The position numbers and the translations under genes are program-made. The notes beneath the pieces were generated by a model. The model was not told the DNA's origin. It did not search any database and saw nothing but the letters and a program-made list of their open reading frames with translations. A DNA stretch of 64,000 nt from Nitrosopumilus sp. Lineage in GTDB: Archaea > Thermoproteota > Nitrososphaeria > Nitrososphaerales > Nitrosopumilaceae. This document shows, in pieces, positions 28,283 to 38,015 of this stretch. Location: NCBI GenBank assembly GCA_965218695.1, contig OZ244651.1:160001-224000 (forward strand), in the 5' to 3' direction. Numbering within the stretch: position 1 is the stretch's first letter; every line of letters starts with the position of its first letter.

Positions 28283-30373
28283 TCAGCGACTGGATCTCGT
28301 GTCTTTATAATTGGGAGCCGGAGTGGTATTCTGATACTGCCTGATTCTCTCTGCAATAAGCCTGTACAACGATCTGAACTGATCCTTGGTTTTGTCCGAG
28401 AGGAAGCCGGTCTCACCCAACGTGATCTTTTCACAGACGTATCTTGTGATGTCCTCATTGTCAAACACTCCCCAGCCGTCGTCTGCATGCTCCTCCCAGA
28501 CAGTTCTCAGCTTGTCCAGTATCCCCCTTCCATTCTTTGGCATGACGTCTTGGGCAGTGATGTTTGCAAACCCCTCGTTTCTCAGTTTTATCTCATATGT
28601 CTGGTTTACCGGATACATGTAATCCTCAGGTACGATATAGTCCTCTATCGACTCCAACTTGCTTCCGTTCATCTCAAAGATGATCGTCTGTACCGGTGAA
28701 AAGCCGTTGGAATTCAAATGTGTCGAGATCTGCTTGGATTCGTCCGTGTTGTCCAGCAGGATAAACGTCTTGTATCCGTGGTTTCTGTAAAATATTGCCA
28801 GAGGAAGGACGGCGTTCTTGTTGTATGCAGCTACAACGTTGAGCGGATTCATTGATATGTTTGGATCCTGAAGGAACTTGTCAAATGCGTTGAGATACAT
28901 CGCATCAGACATCGTCTCCACTATGATTACCGGTCGTGAGTTTGTTCCAATCTCCCTGTCCACTATGGATTCAACTTGGCCCCTTGAGAGTCCATAGAGG
29001 ATAGGCGTCAGCGTCTTGTCATCTGCATTCCAATAATCATAAAAGATCCTGCTGAGGTGCTTTCTCTTGTCCAGCTCCACTACAAGCAGGTTTCCCGGCG
29101 TGTAGTCAAATATCATGAACGGTGAGTGGGTTGCATACAGAACCTGGTTGGATCCGGCAAGGTTCTTGAGCAGGTTCGAGATACCCATCTGCTGTGTGGG
29201 GTGGAGGTTTCTTGCAGGCTCGTCTAGCAGCAATAACGCCTCCTTCAGCTCCGCTCTCTGAGTTTCGGCTGCAAAGTTGACAATAAATGAAAACGTCCAC
29301 TTGAAGCCTTCGGCCCTCCTGTTGAGTAGTCCTGTGTTTGTAATTGTTCCATCCTTGTGTACATCTGAAATTACCACACTCATGATGTTTCCCGGATTGT
29401 ATCTTAGATCCACATGGATTGGTTCTCCCTTCCATGCAGGATTCAACTTGCTAGTCAGTCTGTTGCCTGCCATGTTGAGAAGCTTTATGCATTTTGACGG
29501 GTTGTTCTTTACTGTCTCAAGCTCATCTATGTTGAGCTCTGCAAGATAAAAGAGGTTTCTTACAGTTTCAGCCCTGTCAAACTCCTCCATGATCTCGATG
29601 GAATTGGTCTTCTGATTGCTCTCTTCCCTGATAAACTCGTTAAGGTTGATGCTGCCGTAGATCTTTTTGTAGTCTGAAAAGTAGACAAATCTTGGATGCA
29701 TCTCTGATTCGATAAAATTCTGCATGGCAGTCTTTTCGCTGTTGCCGCTAAGCAGACTGGCAAACTGGTTTTCAGGACTATTGCAGATCTCCTCCCACTT
29801 CTCAATGACCTTTGGTTCCTGAACTGCTATCACCTGAAAATGGTTGCTAAACTCTGCCAACTCCCCTTCAAACGCCTCCTGGTTCTTTGGAATAGGCCCG
29901 TCAAAGAATTTTGTATCTATCTGTATTCTCAGATGGTTTGGAATCGTATCCAGAAACTCGATAACCTGTTTTGTAAAGTTCTCCCACGAGTTAATAGTGT
30001 CGCTATCCCCGTCGTCCAACTCGATCTCATCAAACTTGTATTGAACCTTCGATCTTCTGTTTGTCCTGAACAGTCTGATCTTTTTTATCTCCGGAATTCC
30101 CGGAAACTTTTCCCTGATTAGGGCCGTTTCACGCCGATTCAGCTCAAACTTACCTTCGACTAGCTTGACCTCGTCTTTGAGCTCTTCACTCATCTCATCG
30201 CAAAGATCCAGTTCTGATACCTGTTCGTCTTTGTTTAGCAATGTCAATGCCTGAAGGATGGTCGTCTTGCCACTCTCGTTTCTGCCAACAAAGGCTGCCA
30301 AATCCCCAACTGTTATCTCTCCAGAGTCATGAATGCAACGATATGCCCTGACTCTAAATTTTCTGAGTCGCAT
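28283..30373 (-). CDS. ABC/AAA ATPase plus TOPRIM (OLD-family ATP-dependent nuclease-like)
   Basis: GRNESGKT, LLLDEPARNLHP, ATHSPF, and TOPRIM-like IIVETMSD. Confidence 0.85.
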   Translation of the reverse strand: MRLRKFRVRAYRCIHDSGEITVGDLAAFVGRNESGKTTILQALTLLNKDEQVSELDLCDEMSEELKDEVKLVEGKFELNRRETALIREKFPGIPEIKKIRLFRTNRRSKVQYKFDEIELDDGDSDTINSWENFTKQVIEFLDTIPNHLRIQIDTKFFDGPIPKNQEAFEGELAEFSNHFQVIAVQEPKVIEKWEEICNSPENQFASLLSGNSEKTAMQNFIESEMHPRFVYFSDYKKIYGSINLNEFIREESNQKTNSIEIMEEFDRAETVRNLFYLAELNIDELETVKNNPSKCIKLLNMAGNRLTSKLNPAWKGEPIHVDLRYNPGNIMSVVISDVHKDGTITNTGLLNRRAEGFKWTFSFIVNFAAETQRAELKEALLLLDEPARNLHPTQQMGISNLLKNLAGSNQVLYATHSPFMIFDYTPGNLLVVELDKRKHLSRIFYDYWNADDKTLTPILYGLSRGQVESIVDREIGTNSRPVIIVETMSDAMYLNAFDKFLQDPNISMNPLNVVAAYNKNAVLPLAIFYRNHGYKTFILLDNTDESKQISTHLNSNGFSPVQTIIFEMNGSKLESIEDYIVPEDYMYPVNQTYEIKLRNEGFANITAQDVMPKNGRGILDKLRTVWEEHADDGWGVFDNEDITRYVCEKITLGETGFLSDKTKDQFRSLYRLIAERIRQYQNTTPAPNYKDTRSSR

Positions 30374-30395
30374 CAAGCCATATTTAGTTGGCTAC

Positions 30396-30403
30396 GATTT
30401 AAC
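30396..30403 (-). promoter_or_regulatory. putative TATA box of the OLD-like ATPase gene
   Basis: GTTAAATC on the minus strand, 22 nt upstream of ATG 30373, purine-rich BRE-like sequence adjacent. Confidence 0.55.
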
Positions 30404-30420
30404 TTATTCGACGTTTGATT

Positions 30421-31557
30421 TGCTACGTTGTACAAAAAGTAGTTCCTCCCCTAGCCAATGGAGCCGGCGTGTTTGGAAGCAAGATCAGCCTGGTGTTGAG
30501 TGGAAGCAAGGGTGTGTGGGCAAGAACGATGTACTCCAATCGGTGGCGGCATATGGGAACCCGGAGAGTACGCATCATGAAAAAGCTGGACGAATCGAAG
30601 GTAAGGTGGATACTTTCGGAGAAGGACAAGGGATCCACCAATTCATGCATCTCCAAGGCCATGGGTGTGTCGCCGCGGTGGATAAGGAGGCTGTATTCCA
30701 GGTACAGGGGACAGGAACGCAGCAGCGTGGCATATCCGATGCACATGGGCAGGCCCGCATGCGGCCTTCCCGGCCGGAAGGAACACTCTGCGGTACTGTG
30801 CGCCAAGGGCAATGACCATGTTGGGGCCGTACGCCTGCACGGGCGCATAAGGGACGTCACCGGAATAAATATTCCATACAACCGCATACACATGGTATTG
30901 CGTGACGAGGATCTGGCTGCCAGACAGCCCAACAAGAGCAAGCGCCGCAAGTGGATCCGCTTTGAGCGCACCTACTCCAACTCGATGTGGCACACCGACT
31001 ACAAGCTGCTTGACGACGGCAGGTGGTTCCTGTGCTACGAGGACGACGCCTCGCGGTTCGTGACTGCGTACGGCACGTTTGAGCGCGCAACGGCAGAAAA
31101 CGCCCTGTCGGTATTGGACGAGGCGATAAGAAACCACGGCAAGCCTGCATCCATAATGACTGACCGCGGATCCCAGTTCTACGCCACCGCATCAGAGGCA
31201 AAGAAAAAGGGTGCATCCGAGTTCGAAAAGAGGCTGGCAGAGCTTGGTATCAAGCAGATTCTGGCAGGCGTGAGGCACCCGCAGACCAACGGCAAGCTGG
31301 AGAGGCTGCACGGGGAGATCCAGCAGAAGCTGCCCGAATTTGAGGCGATAATGATGCGCAAGAGCGACCCGGTGGACCTCTTCATGCAGTGGTACAATTA
31401 CGACAGACCGCACATGTCACTTGGCCTAGACGGGGAGGAGACGCCAGCCCAGGCGTTTGTGCGCAAGATGCCACCCAAAGGAGAGATAGTAATAGACGAG
31501 CAGACAGGGGAGGAGTATCATGTGGAGTAAGGGAGGAACTACTTTTCGTATTCCACA
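30421..31557 (+). mobile_element. IS481-like insertion sequence
   Basis: IR AAAAGTAGTTCCTCCC / GGGAGGAACTACTTTT; flanking direct repeat ACGTTTGATT (30411-30420 / 31558-31567). Confidence 0.85.
30577..31530 (+). CDS. IS481-type integrase-core (rve) transposase
   Basis: WHTDYK, DDASR, TDRGSQF and HPQTNGKLERLH motifs. Confidence 0.92.
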   Translation: MKKLDESKVRWILSEKDKGSTNSCISKAMGVSPRWIRRLYSRYRGQERSSVAYPMHMGRPACGLPGRKEHSAVLCAKGNDHVGAVRLHGRIRDVTGINIPYNRIHMVLRDEDLAARQPNKSKRRKWIRFERTYSNSMWHTDYKLLDDGRWFLCYEDDASRFVTAYGTFERATAENALSVLDEAIRNHGKPASIMTDRGSQFYATASEAKKKGASEFEKRLAELGIKQILAGVRHPQTNGKLERLHGEIQQKLPEFEAIMMRKSDPVDLFMQWYNYDRPHMSLGLDGEETPAQAFVRKMPPKGEIVIDEQTGEEYHVE

Positions 31558-31569
31558 ACGTTTGATTTG

Positions 31570-31885
31570 TTCCTGAACCCGGCTTCCTACAACCGTGTAT
31601 CCTAGTCGTCCCAAAAACCAGGCATGGTTTTGCCGAGTCGATCCCATTTCTGCCTGGATCCATTCTGAACTAGTGGTGACACCACGCTAACAAGAATGCT
31701 GCGGCGAACATCTTAGCTAGCGTACGTCTCCACTTGGCGGCTGACGGCCAAACCCGATTCGTCGGAGGCATCATTGCGGATGTCTCAGTCGTCACAAGAC
31801 GTAAGGATCACGGTTCGGTTGCAGACATGCAACCGGCAGGTCGGCTAGAACCCGGCAGAGACGATGACAGTGCAGGCTGCAAGCG
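31570..31885 (+). pseudogene. tnpB: degenerate 3' end of a tnpB (IS200/IS605-type) with downstream structured region
   Basis: HANKNAAANIL at 31683 resembles the TnpB RuvC-III hADxNAAxNI motif; stops upstream; hairpins at 31812-31852. Confidence 0.55.
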
Positions 31886-32771
31886 CTTGGAAGGGCTGGC
31901 AGGCAGGGTCAAGGAATCGCTGAGCCACTCCAAATACCTCAAGCTGGACGAGACCCCGTAGTAATCGGATTAAAGATCCGGAAAAACCGATCTCGGGGCT
32001 CTACTCTTTGTTCTATCTTTCCTGCCTAGCGTATGGAGGTATCCGGCGCAGAACCGGCCTGAATGTGCCGATTTCGCCAATCTAATCGCGATCTGCGAAA
32101 TTAGTTTTTCCGGATCTTTAATCCGATTACTACCCGTACCCCATGGGGGACAAGGCCGGGTACGTCGGGGTGTGCCTGGGAGACGGCGGCACCGTGTCAG
32201 TCACGGTGGCCGGAACCCGGGGGGCGGCGGTGCTAGACGAGCACTACCCGCACTGGGACACGCCGCTTACCTGCGACGAGTTCTCCGTCTATAACGGGTT
32301 CAAGAAACGCCAACGGTGCTGGGCGCACATGCTGCGGGAATCCGAATACCGCACGCACTCAAATGATCCGCTCATGGTACTGCTGCACCACAGGCTGCAG
32401 ACGATATTCCACGACGCAAAATTCATCCCGCCAGACAAGGGCATAGACACAGGCCCCATGGCATTGGAGGTCAAGTCAATCGCGCAGGCGTACCTGCAGC
32501 ACGGCCAGCGGGTGTTTGGCACCAAACTCCACAACGCTGCAGACCATCTCTTTACCTTCGTGAATCATCCCGGCATGGATCCCACTAACAACGAGACTGA
32601 AAGGATGGTGCGCAGGATAGTGCTGCACAGGAAGATCCGCATGAGGATGGTAAATCCTGGCGGGATGAGGATGTTTGGCATTCTCATGACCTGTTTCCTT
32701 ACGTGGAGGAGACGGGGGCTTGACATACACCAGAAAATCCTAGAGGTACTTGCCTGCACCTAAACAATTAC
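31886..32771 (+). pseudogene. 5'-truncated IS66-family transposase interrupted by a MITE; right end ...CAATTAC
   Basis: LDETP|YPMG restored on MITE removal; QRCWAH and PTNNETER motifs. Confidence 0.85.
31959..32132. mobile_element. MITE, 174 bp
   Basis: 28-bp perfect TIR TAGTAATCGGATTAAAGATCCGGAAAAA; TSD CCCG (31955-31958 / 32133-32136); no ORF. Confidence 0.92.
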
Positions 32772-32798
32772 CCCGCCCGACTCTGCGAGGTTGGTGAA

Positions 32799-34130
32799 TA
32801 CATGATAACCCTACCCACCCACCACATGTGGCGGGCTGACCCCTAATTACGCATGGTCGCAAAGACCTGGTTGTTGAATGGGGCTATCCAAGCTGCTGTG
32901 TTACTGGACTCCGAGTCCTGATAGATGTATGCAGCTACCGGCCTGTCACACAAAAAAAGGGAGGTGAAAGAAATAGAAAAGAGTATTGGAATTGACATAG
33001 GAAAGAGAAAATGTGTAACGTGTATAATGGATCACAAGGGGACAATCCTGGAAAAGTCATCGTACAACAACACGTCCCGGGAGGCATTGGAGTTTGCAGC
33101 ATATCTAAAGGCCACATACGGCCAGTGCAAAGCAGTCTGCGAATCCACCGGAAACCACTGGATTAAGACTGCAGACGCCTTTGAATCCGCCGGAGTCCCG
33201 CTGACGCTTGCCAATCCGTTCAAGGTCAAGGCAATCGCATGGGCCAAAATAAAAAACGACACCATAGACGCAAGAACGCTTGCCAACCTGCTGCGGGCAG
33301 ACCTGGTTCCAGGCTGCCACATAGGTTCGGCCGAATCCAGGGGAATTAAGCAGGTCCTCAGGTACCAGATGACCCTAGTGCAGGACCGGACAAAAGTGAT
33401 CAACTTTGTGCACACGCTGACAGACAAATACGACATAAATCCAAAAAATGCAGGGACCAGCGTCTGGAGACCAAAGGTCCTAAAGTACCTTGAAGGAGCA
33501 GACATGAAGAATTTCAGGGACAGGTTTGTTCTGGACGGCTGCATATCGCAGATACGGTACTACAACGACGAGATAAAAAAGACCGAAGACGAGATCAAGT
33601 GCTACGTCCGAGACGCCCATGCCCCGAAGATACTGCTGAGCATGACGGGAATGAACGTGTTTTCTGCTGCACTGCTGGCAGCAGAGATCGACACCATCGA
33701 AAGGTTTGAGAACCCAAAAAAGCTCGTATCCTGGGCAGGCATGTGCCCGACGCTTCACCAGTCAGGCGACACGCTATACCACGGCAGGATGAAAAAGGAC
33801 TCGAACCGGAAGGTCAACTGGATCATGATCCAGTGTGCGCTTGTGGCAGTGTTCCATGACGCAAGGATGAAGGAACACTACACGCGCCTCCTGAAGAGGC
33901 ACAAGCACCACATCGCCATAACGCACGTCGCAAACAAGATGCTGACGATCATCTGGCACATGCTGACAGAAGGCAACCTGTACGAGGACAGAAACGAGAA
34001 ACTGTACCGCGCCAAGATCAAGGAAGTTATGAAGGCGTAGACGCAGAACCGGCAATGTCCGTAGACGATGATGCCTGATCTAGCGGATGCTGTGCACAAA
34101 TTATGGGAACTATGGGATGTTTCTACATGA
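32799..34130 (+). mobile_element. IS110-family element, copy 1
   Basis: bounded by direct repeat TACATGA (32799-32805 / 34124-34130); non-coding ends of about 150 and 90 nt. Confidence 0.75.
32925..34040 (+). CDS. IS110-family DEDD recombinase/transposase
   Basis: IGIDIGK, CESTG, KNDTIDA and WAGMCPTLHQSG motifs. Confidence 0.95.
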   Translation: MYAATGLSHKKREVKEIEKSIGIDIGKRKCVTCIMDHKGTILEKSSYNNTSREALEFAAYLKATYGQCKAVCESTGNHWIKTADAFESAGVPLTLANPFKVKAIAWAKIKNDTIDARTLANLLRADLVPGCHIGSAESRGIKQVLRYQMTLVQDRTKVINFVHTLTDKYDINPKNAGTSVWRPKVLKYLEGADMKNFRDRFVLDGCISQIRYYNDEIKKTEDEIKCYVRDAHAPKILLSMTGMNVFSAALLAAEIDTIERFENPKKLVSWAGMCPTLHQSGDTLYHGRMKKDSNRKVNWIMIQCALVAVFHDARMKEHYTRLLKRHKHHIAITHVANKMLTIIWHMLTEGNLYEDRNEKLYRAKIKEVMKA

Positions 34131-34235
34131 ATGCTGGGGGGCCAGCCCCCCAGACCCCCCGGAAGGGATTATGCGTGTCACACCGCGGGGCAAAAAGCCG
34201 TATTTTCTGCCGGTCGGGCAGGATTCTGCTTGCAG

Positions 34236-35448
34236 GGGTGTGTCCTAGAGGCATATACCCCCGGATGACAAAAGATATGGATCGGCGGATCACGGCATCG
34301 CCTAATGACTACAAAGAAACGCGACCAACGACAGTACGATTTGGTTCAGCAGTACCTGTCGGGCCTCATGCTGAATACCGTGCTGGGAATAATCAAGAAT
34401 CTTGGGGATCCGTACGCCGTCAGGCCCGGCCTGGGCGGCATGACGGCATACCCGCCTGGCGCCATGGCAGCTGTCTGCATCATGCTTGAGGCACAGCGCA
34501 CGACCTACCGTAAGATGGTCGGCATCCTCCGAAACAATAGCGCCATGGCAGCCAAGATGGGCCTAGAGAAAATTCCCTCCAAGAGCACGATAGCACGCGC
34601 CTACGGCCTGATCCCGGAATGGTACCTGGCAGAGGCACACCGGATTGCCATCAGGGAGGTGGAGGCAGGCTCCCTGGCAGCAGACGGTACCGGATACTCG
34701 TACCTGCGGTTTGTCAGGTGGTTTGACGTCAGGACCGACAGTTTTCGTACCAGAAAGGGATGGGTCAAACTGCACGCAATCGTGGATATCCGCACCAGGG
34801 TGATAATCGACTGCATGGTGACTGACAGCGCAGTGGCAGACATAAACGGGCTGTACGCGATGCTCGGCAGGTTAGGCCGGGGCACCGGCGACTTTTGCCT
34901 GGATTCTGCATACCTGGCAAGGCTCATGTGCAACATGATATCTGCGATGGGAATGGTGCCCCGCATCAAGCCAAAATCCAACACCATACGCAACGCCAGG
35001 GGAAGCCAGTCGTGGCGCGAGATGGTAAGCCTGTACATGGATGAACGGGACAGGTTTGACTCGGAATACCACCAGCGCAGCATCATCGAGGCAGTCTTTG
35101 CCGCCCTCAAGAAGATGTACGGGGACAGCACCAGGTGCCGAAAACACGAGAACCGGACAAGGGAGACTGCGATCCGTGTCATGTGCTACAACATCGAGCT
35201 CGTGGCCAGATTGCAGGCAAAAGACGGCAGGCTCACACAGGATCAAATCGCGACACTTGCAGCATAGCTGGCGCGTTTCACCACGCGCTTCCTAGCGGAG
35301 CCTCCGCACCGTGTCTTGGATTTGGGGGATTTTATGGGTTGTGGAGGATCGATGGTGCGGCACTGTTGGCGTCGACGGGTTCTGGCACCAATCATGTCTT
35401 TGGCATTCTGGTACATGAAATGGCATTTTTTATTACTAGGACACACCC
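34236..35448 (+). mobile_element. IS5-type element B, copy 1 (transposase 34305-35267)
   Basis: TIR GGGTGTGTCCTAG; TSD TGCTTGCAG/TGCATGCAG; empty site visible at 56808-56816. Confidence 0.92.
34305..35267 (+). CDS. IS5-family DDE transposase
   Basis: AADGTG, WVKLH, LDSAY and YHQRSIIEAVF motifs. Confidence 0.92.
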   Translation: MTTKKRDQRQYDLVQQYLSGLMLNTVLGIIKNLGDPYAVRPGLGGMTAYPPGAMAAVCIMLEAQRTTYRKMVGILRNNSAMAAKMGLEKIPSKSTIARAYGLIPEWYLAEAHRIAIREVEAGSLAADGTGYSYLRFVRWFDVRTDSFRTRKGWVKLHAIVDIRTRVIIDCMVTDSAVADINGLYAMLGRLGRGTGDFCLDSAYLARLMCNMISAMGMVPRIKPKSNTIRNARGSQSWREMVSLYMDERDRFDSEYHQRSIIEAVFAALKKMYGDSTRCRKHENRTRETAIRVMCYNIELVARLQAKDGRLTQDQIATLAA

Positions 35449-35612
35449 TGCATGCAGGTAACGCTTAAGAAGTCAAAAAACATACCCAAGGTGACAAGTT
35501 GGACGCAAAACCTGGATAAGTCCGGGGATGGGTTAACATAGATGCGTAATTCTTCTGACCGCCTAGTCTAGTCCGATACGTTCAATGATCCCATGATCGC
35601 CCGCACGCGATA

Positions 35613-36622
35613 ATGATCAAACACAACAGACGGGAAAGATACTGACAGTACTACGAACTTGCAAACGAAGTCGAGGCATCCCACCTGAGGAGGACGCTGA
35701 TTGAAATGATTCTTGAGAACCCCTGCCCGCGCTCCGAAAACGACAACAGGGGCCGTCCTCGGATTCACTCCAAGGACAAGCTGGATTTTGCCTGCCTGCC
35801 TGCCTGCTGATGAGGGCATACAACAACACATTCCGCAGGATCGAGTCAGACCTGCACGACATGCGGACTCCCTGGGACGGCGAACCCGTGCCGGATCACA
35901 CCACGATAGTCAGGCACCTCCAGATCATCCCGCCAGACTGGATGGATTTGGTGCTGGCCGAGACTGCTCGCCGATGCATCGCCGGGGCGTCCGGGGCAAC
36001 CGGACCGCTGGCTGCAGACAGCAGCGGAGTGGAGACTACCCGGTACGAGGACATCGAAAAACCCTGCAAAAGGGAGCGCGATTTCGTCGAGATGCGCCAA
36101 AAGGCCTACTGGAAATACCACGTAACGGCCATCATGGGGCTACAGATCGTGCTGGCCGCGTTTGGCACGCCTGGCAACGTCAACGACGTCACGATGCTGC
36201 CAGTCATGCTGGCAGAGATCAGGCGCCGCGGGTATGACTTTTCGGGGCGCGTCTTTGATGCGGACCGCGGGTATGACGCCGACTACAACTTCAAGGAGCT
36301 GTTCTGGATGGGCATGACGCCCAACATCAAGCAGAGAAAGGACGCCGTCAGCAGGGGCAAGCCAAGCAGGAAGAAGGCAGCCGGGCTGTTTGACTCGCAC
36401 GAGTACAGGACAAGAGCCCTGGTGGAAGGCATATTCGGGGCCGAGGAGAGCCGGCGGCACCAGCTTCACTGCAGGTTCGTGCGCGAAGACAATCGGCGCC
36501 GGTTTGCCAAGGGACGAGCAATCTCATGGAACATCCGGATCCTCAACCGGTTTAAGTGTGCCTGCCGGCTAAATATACCGATACCGTCCTACGGCGGTTC
36601 GGCTCGCACGGAGTGCGCCTGA
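35613..36622 (+). pseudogene. IS5-A transposase with in-frame TGA (35643) and (CCTG)4 frameshift (35791-35806)
   Basis: N-terminal RGRPRIHSKDKLDFACL is out of frame with MRAYNN...ADSSG...DADRGYD...YRTRALVE. Confidence 0.85.
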
Positions 36623-38015
36623 TGATCCAACCCGTCCGTATCTGACCCCGTCCGTGAGAATGCGGCGGGAAATATTCAGATTAGGACATATCGGAATTAT
36701 GCACCAACCTCCGACTGTATGAGTTCACCTGCCCCTTATATCAGTCGACCAACTTCTTCGGCCACGCTCTTGCCATGTGCCCTCCACGTGAGGACGCATG
36801 TAACAAAATCTGCAAGACGCTTCATGGACTTGGGCCCACCCTTGGTCTGCCCGCTTATCTTGCGGAACACCACCAGATAGCGCAGTGCCCTCTCGCCGGC
36901 GTTGTTTGTAGGGTCGACACCTGGATGCTCCAGGAACGCAAACATGCGGTGCAGGTGCCTCTCAAGCTTGTCCAGCACCTTTTGCATGTCGTCATCGTTA
37001 CCACCACCTGCATCGCGATACCGGTCAAGCATGTCCTGCATGGTGCGGTTCATCGCATGCCGCAGATGTGGCGAGTGCGCCTCCTGCGCGGCCAGCAGTT
37101 TTGCCCTCTCAAACACCCACTTGTGGTCCTCGTGGAGCTGCCGCCGCCGCCGGACGCGTTTGGTCTTGGGAGGCACGGCACAGTATTTTTCTGCCAGGTG
37201 TCTTGTCTGCCGGAGGTCGTGCGCCCAGCACGACTGGTGCATGCCGCCCTTGTCAAACCTGTCATACCCGTTGTACCCGTCAGTTATCGCCACCCCGTCA
37301 AATTTGTCCATGGCATCGAGCATGAGCGTGGCCCTGCTCTGGCTGATGTTTATTGCGATATTTTTGCCCGACTGTGCCACGTTTGCGTGCACCCTCTGGC
37401 CGTCGTTTCGCCAGCTGGTCTCGTCAAACCCGGCACAGTCAGAAGCCTCCACTTCCCCGAGGATCCTGCCTGCCTCGTGGCCCGAGGCGTCCCCGACGCG
37501 CGCCATGATGTTGTTGACAGTGGATCCTGCAAGCTCAATGTCCGTTATGGAGCGCACCGCGACCGAGATTCCCTTGAGCGGCACCCGTGCCGCGCGCAGT
37601 TCTGAGACGAGCCCGACCAGTCCCTTGCCGAAGTTGCCCCGCCGCGGCAGGTCGTTTGGGGCATCTTCCCTGCGGCCGCATGAGCCGCATATTGCAGTCT
37701 CCACGCGGTGCCGCGTCTCGCACGCAGTCACCATGATGTCCGTGATGTCCCGCACGCGCGGACTGCCAATCGCCATCCGGCCGCCGCCGCACCCGCATTC
37801 CGGGAGTACCGGCACCTGTCTCCTGCCCGACTTCCTGCGCCCGAACCTGTGGGATACGGTCCTTTCCGGGTCGTGGGAGCGCGACGCCCCCACGTGTCCA
37901 TCTCTTCCCCCGCGCTTGGCTTTGTCTCCCTTTTCCTGTTTTTTTGCCCGCTCCCTCTTCTGGGCCTTCCATTCCAGGGATTCAGATGAGGGCGGCGTGT
38001 TGGGGTTTGTATAGT

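Larger units (their letters stand above)
32787..36711 (+). mobile_element. composite IS5-type element A, copy 1 (contains IS110 and an IS5-B)
   Basis: TIR GAGGTTGGTG(A/C)ATA; 9-bp TSD CGACTCTGC (right copy split by an IS66). Confidence 0.85.
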
